From: Oligoflexales bacterium | GTDB lineage: Bacteria; Bdellovibrionota_B; Oligoflexia; Oligoflexales; CAIYRB01 | Reading direction: 5' to 3' | Length of the DNA: 21,649 nucleotides | Assembly (NCBI GenBank): GCA_041736175.1 | Contig: JBGSUI010000174.1 | Location: 1 to 21,649 of the forward strand | Shown here: positions 1-7,301 of the stretch, piece by piece | How positions within the stretch are numbered: the first letter of the stretch is position 1 | Layout: each line of letters begins with the position of its first letter | The notes under the pieces: model-generated | Seen by the model: the letters and a program-made list of their open reading frames with translations, nothing else | Told to the model about the DNA's origin: nothing | The model's database searches: none | Position numbers and translations under genes: made by a program

Positions 1-53
1 ACCGTGACCCACTTTACCTCAGGTGAAAGCGGTTTACCTTTAGACGAATGCAT
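1..53 (-). CDS. 5' end of a gene running off the left edge (MHSSKGKPLSPEVKWVT...), product uncertain
   Basis: ATG at 53 on the minus strand with a GAGG RBS upstream and TGGTATAAT extended -10 at about 87-95. Only 17 codons are visible. Confidence 0.45.
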   Translation of the reverse strand, partial: MHSSKGKPLSPEVKWVT

Positions 54-183
54 GGTGGTCAATCCTCGTTTTTTGGCAAAACGATCATTATACCACGGAA
101 AAAATTAAAATCTATCTTTTCATGTGCGTAGATCTATAATATCGGGTTGGAGCGTAGTCGACTGAAGAAAAAAAATGGGGAGG

Positions 184-260
184 TGGTGCGGGTACGCTGA
201 CTCGAACAGCGGACCTCCACGATGTCAACGTGGCGCTCTAACCAACTGAGCTATACCCGC
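184..260 (-). tRNA. tRNA-Val(GAC)
   Basis: Reverse complement GCGGGTATAGCTCAGTTGGTTAGAGCGCCACGTTGACATCGTGGAGGTCCGCTGTTCGAGTCAGCGTACCCGCACCA folds as a cloverleaf with anticodon GAC and encoded CCA. Confidence 0.97.
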
Positions 261-289
261 CCGGGTAATTGCCTCCATGAGGTACACTT

Positions 290-318
290 GTTGTAAAGAC
301 CAATGCCGCGGGTGTCAA
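290..318 (-). promoter_or_regulatory. putative sigma70 promoter of tRNA-Val
   Basis: TTGACA-N17-TACAAC on the minus strand, 30 bp upstream of the tRNA. Confidence 0.5.
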
Positions 319-445
319 CCCTTTTTTCGCCACACCACGGGACCGCTAAAAGGCTACAGGAGGGTACCGTGTAGGATATTTTGAACAGATTTAAGGCGAG
401 ACTTTCAGGCGCTATAAATGGCCTCTCTCGACCCAGATAATATAT

Positions 446-617
446 GATAGATCATCCTTAAATAATTTTAAGGGATGATTTATAATTCTTTAGAGAGAAA
501 ATGAGACATCGATCCATCTGGGAGCAACAAAACAGCACGGTAGTTAACTTTGTTTAGCATAATAAAGGATGATCTATCATATTTTAATTGACATAAAGGA
601 TGATCTATCTCTATTTT
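446..617. promoter_or_regulatory. hipBA promoter/operator region with repeated AAGGATGATCTATC motif
   Basis: Motif at 446-459 (inverted, facing a variant at about 470-483), 565-578 and 596-609. TTGACA at 588-593 directly precedes the last copy. Confidence 0.6.
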
Positions 618-646
618 ATAGAGACAGAGTCCATGCAGGAGTCAAC

Positions 647-979
647 ATGCATTCCCCCTCAAAAGACATGCTTCCACCGCGCATCCGGCGATCCTTGGTA
701 AAGCTTGGCCACGACATTTCCCTAGCAAGGAGGAAACGTGGGCTTACCGTAGCTATGATGATCGAGCGAATTGGAGTTGCCAAGCAAACCTACCAACGGG
801 TTGAAAAAGGGGATCCATCCGTAGCCATGGGCATTTACGCCATGTGTATTTTTGTTTTGGGACTTGGAGATAAACCATTTGATATTGCCGATCCCAGCTA
901 TGATGAGCAAGGACTCCTTCTCGACGCTGAAAAAACTCCAAAGCGTATACGCTTGAAAAAAGAGCCGCATTTAAGATGA
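647..979 (+). CDS. hipB: XRE-family HTH antitoxin (HipB-like)
   Basis: LGHDISLARRKRGLTVAMMIERIGVAKQTYQRVEKGDPSV is an HTH_3 motif. Start placed at ATG 647 behind an AGGAG RBS (ORF track starts at 569). ATGA overlap with hipA. Confidence 0.85.
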   Translation: MHSPSKDMLPPRIRRSLVKLGHDISLARRKRGLTVAMMIERIGVAKQTYQRVEKGDPSVAMGIYAMCIFVLGLGDKPFDIADPSYDEQGLLLDAEKTPKRIRLKKEPHLR

Positions 980-2268
980 AAAAATCAATTGAAGTTTTTT
1001 TAGGAGCGGCGGCGCGACGTGTGGGAACACTTCGCTATATTCAGGAAGGCAATCGGGAAAGCTCTGCGTTTGAGTATCATGCAGATTGGCTTACATCAAG
1101 GGACCGCTATGCCATTGACCCGGCACTTACACTTGTCGGTGGCCCTCAATTTCATAAAGCGTCTAAAGATGGTTCAAAGTTTACTGGGGCGCTTGCTGAT
1201 ACAGAACCGGATGGATGGGGACGTCGAGTGATCTTACGAGATCATGCGAAACGTCGAGAAAAAATGAGGTTGGAGGAAGGCAAAGATCTGCCACCACTAA
1301 ACAGTCTTGATATCTTGCTTTCTGTGGACGATATGAGTCGTTTGGGGGCACTTCGATTGAAGGACCAAGATGAGTGGCAACGGGTCATGACTGAACCGGG
1401 ACAGCGCACAACGCCACCACTAATCGAGTTGTCACAATTATTTACCTCGACGCGAGCTATTGAGAATCAGACAGAGACTGAAGCTGACTTAGCCTATCTT
1501 AGAGGTCGAGGGACCTCACTGGGTGGACTTAGGCCTAAATGTACGATCTTGGACGAACAGGGACACCTCTCTATAGGCAAGTTTCCAAGCGTCCAAGATA
1601 CCCGAGCTGTAACGAAAGGAGAGGTGTTAGCATTGAAACTTGCGGTGGCTGCTGGAATCAATGCAGCAGCCTGCCATATCGTTGATAGTGTCGGTGTGCC
1701 GGTAGCGCTCGTTCGGCGGTTTGATCGAACTGCAAACGGTGAACGTATACCATATATTTCTGCAGCGACCATGCTAGGTGTTGTTTCCGATAGCGAAATC
1801 CATACCTATACTGAAATAGTCGATGCTTTAAGACTTCATGGAGCAGCGGCACAAGACGACATTGAAGAATTATGGCGAAGGATTGCTTTTAATATTCTTA
1901 TTACCAATATTGATGATCATCTTCACAATCTAGGTTTTCTTCACTATTCGGGCCCATTTTGGCGTCTTGCTCCAGCCTTCGATGTGAATCCTTTCCCCGA
2001 TCGTTTCCGAGAACTAAAAACCTGGGTCTCGGAAGAAACCGGACCCACTGCCAGTATCGCCGCACTTTGCTCTGTCTTAAAGTACTTTAAAATCTCGGTG
2101 CTACGAGCCAAGACTATCCTTGGTGAGGTCGAGTCTGCGGTCGCTAAGTGGCGCGAGATAGGGCGCAAGGACGTACAGATGAATGAACATGAACTGAACG
2201 CCTTCGCCGCCGCCTTCGAACATGCTGAGAGACTGGCTGCTAGAGACTATATCTCGAAGGGCGTTTAA
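976..2268 (+). CDS. hipA: HipA-family Ser/Thr kinase toxin
   Basis: GTSLGGLRPK P-loop, IGKFPS, RFDR, NILITNIDDHLHNLGFL and WRLAPAFDVNP kinase motifs, plus an N-terminal Couple_hipA-like region. Confidence 0.93.
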   Translation: MKKSIEVFLGAAARRVGTLRYIQEGNRESSAFEYHADWLTSRDRYAIDPALTLVGGPQFHKASKDGSKFTGALADTEPDGWGRRVILRDHAKRREKMRLEEGKDLPPLNSLDILLSVDDMSRLGALRLKDQDEWQRVMTEPGQRTTPPLIELSQLFTSTRAIENQTETEADLAYLRGRGTSLGGLRPKCTILDEQGHLSIGKFPSVQDTRAVTKGEVLALKLAVAAGINAAACHIVDSVGVPVALVRRFDRTANGERIPYISAATMLGVVSDSEIHTYTEIVDALRLHGAAAQDDIEELWRRIAFNILITNIDDHLHNLGFLHYSGPFWRLAPAFDVNPFPDRFRELKTWVSEETGPTASIAALCSVLKYFKISVLRAKTILGEVESAVAKWREIGRKDVQMNEHELNAFAAAFEHAERLAARDYISKGV

Positions 2269-2470
2269 AATTTTTAGTGACTCGATTTTCTGAAAGGCCC
2301 ACTGCCGTCGCTATTTAAAAAGAGCCGTCAGGACTATCACAAAACTAAACGAAAAACCGATACATATTCCTTTTAAGAATCAGTCACCATCCACCCTCAT
2401 GACAATTTGATCTTGTGGAATCGGCCAGGTAAATGATTTTACCAGTGGATAAGGTCCCTACGTAAATGCT

Positions 2471-2512
2471 AGACCCACTGAGAGATTACCTCGTGACCAA
2501 CATGTAAGGCCA
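2471..2512. repeat. orphan copy of the att-adjacent arm sequence
   Basis: 2471-2503 matches 11996-12028 at 31/33 nt. 2482-2512 matches 20756-20785 with 4 mismatches and 1 gap. Confidence 0.75.
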
Positions 2513-2555
2513 CTAAGATCCTTGAGGTGTTGCCGAATTGGAAGGTTAGTGTTTT

Positions 2556-2578
2556 GGCCCTTTTCATGGGCCTTTTTT
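2556..2578 (+). terminator. Rho-independent terminator
   Basis: GGCCC-TTTTCAT-GGGCC stem-loop followed by TTTTTT. Confidence 0.55.
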
Positions 2579-3058
2579 AAGGGGTGTCCTTAGACTTGAA
2601 TCACCAATCGATCCAGCTACCCAGAAACTGACCATAATTTGTCCACGAGACCTTTCGACTTGTCATAACCAACCGTGACAAAAGCTGAAAATAAGATACT
2701 TCCAGGTTTATCTTTTCTTGGTACAAATAATATCGCTATCTTTTAGTCTAGAATGTGTGGTGTTTAGAGCCCGCTATGGGCGATGGGTCCAAAGCTACCG
2801 CGCCTTACACAGAGGGACAAGCTCGATGGAGTTGTCACCCTTATATCTTGGCATAACACATTTATACCAAGCACTTAAACGCCTGCTCAACCTCAGCACG
2901 ATTGCACAACGTGATGCCAGCAAGTCTATGATCCGTTCGCTCAAAGAACGATAGATAGGTTGCGTTCGTCAAATTCAGTGTACAAGCTCCTCGCCCCTGC
3001 CTATACCAGGACTCGGTAGTGGAATATTCAAATTTGATTTTTTAATGAGAGGTAAGTC

Positions 3059-3433
3059 ATGATCGTAAACACAATGGCTAGAGTAGGAAGTTTGGTTGTC
3101 GCGTTGAGTTCTTTGTTTAGTTTTGCAGCTTTTGCGGAAGGAACTCAGCTGAAGCCGACATTAGAATGTGAGATGTCCATGAATGGTCAAAAGAAGGTGG
3201 CTCTCACTCCTACGATTCTACCAAACAATCAAGTGATAATGGGCAATGATCTAGTCTCTTATGAAGGGCATACGGTCGCAGTGCGCTATTTGCTCGGGGA
3301 TTCTTACGAACCGGTTGATGTCCTGCAGATCATCGTTGACGATAAGACTACTACGATTCAAGATCCCGGGCCTACTAACTTTGATGTTAGAGGCAAAGAC
3401 AACTTTGTACTTTGGTGTTTGCTGCAAAAGTAA
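3059..3433 (+). CDS. secreted hypothetical protein
   Basis: GAGAGG RBS and a Sec signal peptide ending AAFA|E. Two Cys near the ends of the mature chain. Confidence 0.75.
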   Translation: MIVNTMARVGSLVVALSSLFSFAAFAEGTQLKPTLECEMSMNGQKKVALTPTILPNNQVIMGNDLVSYEGHTVAVRYLLGDSYEPVDVLQIIVDDKTTTIQDPGPTNFDVRGKDNFVLWCLLQK

Positions 3434-3489
3434 AAGCTGGTTCGTTTAAAGTTCTGTTCACTTTGAGAAGCGGAACTCTTTACCAAGCG

Positions 3490-3525
3490 ACGGATGGAGC
3501 ATTTGCATAAAAAGTGCTCATCCGT
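3490..3525. terminator. stem-loop between convergent genes
   Basis: ACGGATGGAGCATTT...AAGTGCTCATCCGT imperfect inverted repeat. Confidence 0.5.
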
Positions 3526-3604
3526 TTAATGTCGCCTCCATCAGGTTACTGCTTCTATACCGCAGCATCGGAAAGCCTTATGCCTGAATCTTTGCAAGAC
3601 TCTG

Positions 3605-4477
3605 CTATGCTTTAGGAGCGCCCAAGGGATGGATTTGCACATTTATTCTGATTAAGCTATCAGCATCTGAAGTCTCAAGACTGGCCTCCCAGGTGAGCAG
3701 ATCGGCTTTGAATTTTTGCAGAGCCGACCTATAAGAACTGTGACGGACACTTAAAATAGTTGCTTCGAAGTGACTATCAACCTTACGAGGAAACCACAAA
3801 GGCACTACCCTTGAGCTTGCCTCAATCGCTTGGCGAAGAATTTCAAGATGGCGTTTTTCCTTGTTGTCTTCTCCAAAGACATAATGGTTAGCTGAATGTA
3901 TGAGTCGATACCTGGGATTTGAGGAACTCGATCCTTCGGACGCTGAATGAGGCTCTTTTTCAATGAATGCAGCCTTCTCAAGACCTTCAAGAGCGCGGTC
4001 AATCTCTAAAGCGCGATCCCGACCAAAATACTGAACAAGATCGGAGCGTGCAGGTCGGCCTTGAGATAAGCCAAAGGCGCAGAAAACTTCGATCGAGAAT
4101 CCCGAGAGGTGGTGAGCCTCTGTTAAAGGAGCAAGTTTGACCTCAATAGCCTTTCGGAGTTTGGCCAGAGTTGATTCTAGAACAGTCCGCTTATCACGGC
4201 TTTCAGTGGCATCTCGTTCCGCCAGGGTTACGACATAAGAAACAGCAATGCCTTTGAGACCGAGACCTCTGGCCAAAGCTTCAGCTGCCTGGGGACTAGG
4301 CAATCGCTTGCCGCGCATGATTTCAGAGATATAGCCTTTTGACGACAGCCCACTTGTGTTACACAGTTCCGATAAGGAAAAACTCTTGCGAGTCCCGCGC
4401 ACATGGGTCAAAAGCTGCCCTAGTAACTGACTTACGCATTGGCTGCTAACGATTATCTTATAAGTGGCTTCGTCCAT
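3605..4477 (-). CDS. TIGR02147/DUF4423-like protein with N-terminal XRE HTH
   Basis: FSLSELCNTSGLSSKGYISEIMRGKRLPS HTH and a C-terminal 'RINVQIHPL' ending, a layout typical of this family. Length 290 aa. Confidence 0.75.
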   Translation of the reverse strand: MDEATYKIIVSSQCVSQLLGQLLTHVRGTRKSFSLSELCNTSGLSSKGYISEIMRGKRLPSPQAAEALARGLGLKGIAVSYVVTLAERDATESRDKRTVLESTLAKLRKAIEVKLAPLTEAHHLSGFSIEVFCAFGLSQGRPARSDLVQYFGRDRALEIDRALEGLEKAAFIEKEPHSASEGSSSSNPRYRLIHSANHYVFGEDNKEKRHLEILRQAIEASSRVVPLWFPRKVDSHFEATILSVRHSSYRSALQKFKADLLTWEASLETSDADSLIRINVQIHPLGAPKA

Positions 4478-4894
4478 TTGAAAGTTCCTGATCTGTTCGC
4501 TCGAAAAAGGATGCTCGACCCACGTTCGCTCCTATAGTTTAACAGCTTTTTAGCCATCCTCTAGCTTCTGCTAAAGATACTTCTAAGCTTTTTGTTCCTT
4601 CCTTAGGAGATTTAGCCTTTACTATCAGGAGCTTAACCGATCCTAGTTGAAACTCTTTGTCGTACTAATTTGCTTTACCCTTGATAACCATTTAGGAAAT
4701 AGCCGATGACTCTTTAACGGTAAAATAAGCATGTTTATAAATGCATAAACATTGACAAATATCAAAATTAAGTGTAAGAGAATCCTGCCCCTAGGTCGGA
4801 AAAGTTTCTCGACGTTGGCGGGAAATTTATGTTTAAGATCTGGGAATAATCCATGCAAGGACCTTTCGCCTTGCGGCAAATAAAGGGGAATATT

Positions 4895-5347
4895 GTGAAA
4901 AATCTCGGTTTGTGTTTCTTGTTGACTATGTTGTTATCTGCCACTGTTGGCTACGGAGCAGATAGAACGTTCACGTCTAGCAATTGTCGAACAGACAAAT
5001 GGAATGTCAGCATCTACCATGACCAAGTCGATGTCCCTTCGCTTCTGACAGCTTTTGCTCTGGTTAGAACCTACGGCTTCCGTGTGGAGACCTATGGATT
5101 CGATCCAACCGCTCTACCCGCAACTACAGAGACAAACTGGATTGAGGAGATTAAGTCGCTCAGGAAAAGCGGACTCGGAGAAAAGATATCTTTTTTTAGC
5201 ATAGCCTTCGATCGTAGCTTATTTAAAAATCCAAAAGATCCGATTGTCCAGTCCATTAGAGACGAAGTTATCTCTTCGATCAAAAGTTTAACCGGCATCG
5301 AAGTCCACTGTGTGGAACCAGAAGTTGGCGTCACCATAAGCAACTGA
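4895..5347 (+). CDS. secreted hypothetical protein
   Basis: GTG start behind an AAGGGG RBS, then signal peptide MKNLGLCFLLTMLLSATVGYGA. Divergent from the TIGR02147-like gene. Confidence 0.7.
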   Translation: MKNLGLCFLLTMLLSATVGYGADRTFTSSNCRTDKWNVSIYHDQVDVPSLLTAFALVRTYGFRVETYGFDPTALPATTETNWIEEIKSLRKSGLGEKISFFSIAFDRSLFKNPKDPIVQSIRDEVISSIKSLTGIEVHCVEPEVGVTISN

Positions 5348-5359
5348 TGCGCCAATATT

Positions 5360-5501
5360 GGTATTTTCCATAACCTTGACGACAAGAATCTCGATGCCGC
5401 GCTAAGGTATGTCGTATCGCGTCAACCTCGTGGGCCGTCACTCCTGCCTATGCCATGGACTGTACCATGCATGGTGCAGCAATGTTCTGCGTCGTTTGTA
5501 A
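5360..5501 (+). pseudogene. 3' remnant of a paralog of the 14832-15458 gene
   Basis: Translates GIFHNLDDKNLDAALRYVVSRQPRGPS...SNVLRRL* (two 1-bp frameshifts) versus GIFHNLDQKHLDAALRYVVSRPHRGPS...SNLPRRL* at 15315-15458. Confidence 0.88.
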
Positions 5502-5508
5502 TAGGAAT

Positions 5509-5584
5509 ATCATTATGGTGCGGACGGAGAGACTTGAACTCTCACGGGTTACCCCACCGGCTTCTAAGACCGGCAGGTCTGCCA
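5509..5584 (-). repeat. att site: 3' 69 nt of tRNA-Leu(TAG) plus ATCATTA extension
   Basis: 5516-5575 is identical to 20863-20922. After one mismatch the match continues to 5584. The tRNA 5' end is missing. Confidence 0.95.
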
Positions 5585-5826
5585 ATGGAGATTGGTTTAG
5601 ATGAATCTGGAATAAATCTTTGGCAGAACCCATTCGTGGACGCTTTTACGGAAACATCCATGCAGGTCGCCACTTAAAGGAGGCCATCAAGACAGTACAT
5701 TTTCCAGATTAGAACGAGGCATCTTCTTATGGGGTTACTTTTCAACTCCAGTCGAAAAAACTCAATGGAAAGAGTCATAAAAAACTCAATAATTTCAGAT
5801 GCATTTTCAGTTAGATATGGTTAAAT

Positions 5827-5898
5827 ATTGGTGCGACCAATATAAATATTGGTCTGTACAACGAAAAAATTGGACTGTCCAATAAAAAGGTGTAGAAT
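5827..5898 (+). promoter_or_regulatory. three palindromic operators (ATTGG-N5-CCAAT type) overlapping a sigma70 promoter
   Basis: ATTGGTGCGACCAAT 5827-5841, ATTGGTCTGTACAAC 5848-5862 and ATTGGACTGTCCAAT 5869-5883, at a 21-bp period. TTGGAC(5870)-N17-TAGAAT(5893). Confidence 0.75.
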
Positions 5899-5916
5899 GG
5901 GCTTAAGGAGGAATTC

Positions 5917-6468
5917 ATGAAAAAGCCTGAATTCGAAGCTAAAAAAATAATCCCAGCCTTCGACGAATTTTTGAGCACTCAAGGATTATGGTTTGAGGCG
6001 ATTGCAATCGGGGGGAGCGCTCTTAGTATTATGGGAATTATAAACCGAACCACCCAAGACCTAGATCTTCTTTCATTTCCTATACCTCCAGCCATAGCAA
6101 CTGCTTCTAAGGTCTTTGCAATCCATCATGGAATTCAAAATAACTGGCTAAATACAGGACCAATTGATCTCATCCGTAGTTTCCCCGACAACTGGAGAGA
6201 AAATCTTGTTCCTCTGTATTCGGGCAAGTCTTTAGTTCTGAAAACTCTGGAAAGGCAACTTTTCATAAACGTAAAATTCTGGGCAATGTGCGATAGAGCC
6301 AGAGACATAGACGATCTTCTGGCAATGGCTCCTTCGTCCTTAGAGCTCAATAAAGCCGTTGAATGGGTTTCACCACTCGATGGAAATCCGAATTGGTCTC
6401 AATTTGTCAATAGCAATGCAAAAAAACTAGGTTCATTGCTAGGGCACTTCGAACCTGGGGAGAAATAA
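5917..6468 (+). CDS. DUF6036/AbiEii-like nucleotidyltransferase
   Basis: IGGSAL...RTTQDLDLL Pol-beta-type NTase motif, C-terminal K...R.RDIDD motif, and an AAGGAGG RBS. Confidence 0.82.
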   Translation: MKKPEFEAKKIIPAFDEFLSTQGLWFEAIAIGGSALSIMGIINRTTQDLDLLSFPIPPAIATASKVFAIHHGIQNNWLNTGPIDLIRSFPDNWRENLVPLYSGKSLVLKTLERQLFINVKFWAMCDRARDIDDLLAMAPSSLELNKAVEWVSPLDGNPNWSQFVNSNAKKLGSLLGHFEPGEK

Positions 6469-6471
6469 GAC

Positions 6472-7167
6472 ATGAAGGCATTAACATTGAACCAAAAACT
6501 TAGAATGATTGGCTGTACTTTCGATGAAGATTTGCCGGAAAACCACCGCGAATACCTAGTCGATATTGAAAAAACTCTCGCTGAAGTATTGACAAGCATT
6601 CAAAATATGACTGAATCACATAGATTAGTGACCATTATTTTCACATGGATCGAAATTCATGGATGGTGTTTAAACAGTGCTAAATTCCTAAAGGTAATCG
6701 ATAGAGGGGAATTTAAAGGGGCAAATTTCTCTTACATTGGCCTAGCCTCAGTCTTTGCTGTAAGCCTAAAACTTAGAAACTGGAATTCCTTAGTCAAAAA
6801 GTTTGAACCAACTGCAGACCGCACCTTCAGAAATCTATCAGATGAAGCAGTTCTATTTTATAATGGACCTGAAAAATGGGCGGAAGCGTTTCGATTTCAA
6901 ATTCCAAAGGATTCCCTAAGGACAAATCCAAAATGGGTCCTTTCAAGGCGCGCACTTGCTGAGTTGAATCTGCAATATAGAAACCGACTTATTTATGGAT
7001 CAGATTGGAGAAGTGACGTTGTAACAGCGATTCAATTTGGCGCTGATCGTCCTGCGACTATCGTCAAATGGATTGGTATATCCTATGAGCCCGCCTATCG
7101 AATTTTTGAAGATCTCAAAGACGCTGGATTCGTTGAGCAACATCAAAACAAAAAAGTGATTGTTTAG
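6472..7167 (+). CDS. uncharacterised partner protein with C-terminal HTH-like segment
   Basis: Starts 3 bp after the NTase stop. RPATIVKWIGISYEPAYRIFEDL resembles an HTH. Confidence 0.7.
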   Translation: MKALTLNQKLRMIGCTFDEDLPENHREYLVDIEKTLAEVLTSIQNMTESHRLVTIIFTWIEIHGWCLNSAKFLKVIDRGEFKGANFSYIGLASVFAVSLKLRNWNSLVKKFEPTADRTFRNLSDEAVLFYNGPEKWAEAFRFQIPKDSLRTNPKWVLSRRALAELNLQYRNRLIYGSDWRSDVVTAIQFGADRPATIVKWIGISYEPAYRIFEDLKDAGFVEQHQNKKVIV

Positions 7168-7301
7168 AATATCTAGAATACCCAGAATACGCGTGAATAC
7201 GGAAAGTGCGCCCGAATTGTCGTTCGAGCGGGTCAATGTACCGATAATTCCTCTAGAACACCAGAATACTAAAACTATAGAACAGAGGAGGCTCGAGGAA
7301 C

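Noticed and set aside
552..579. GTTTAGCATAA resembling the XerD arm of a dif site
   Set aside because: There is no XerC-like arm at the 6-bp spacing, and the adjacent sequence is explained by the hipBA repeat.
2581..2589. GGGGTGTCC also present at 21513-21521
   Set aside because: A 9-bp match with no extension is compatible with chance.
2718..2954. 78-aa ORF
   Set aside because: TTG start, no RBS and no recognisable motif, so not supported as a gene.
5448..5677. Short ORFs spanning the att copy (also 12048-12263)
   Set aside because: They are translations of tRNA-derived sequence, not genes.
5755..5790. AAAAAACTCAAT direct repeat
   Set aside because: Low-complexity, two copies only, and no function can be supported.
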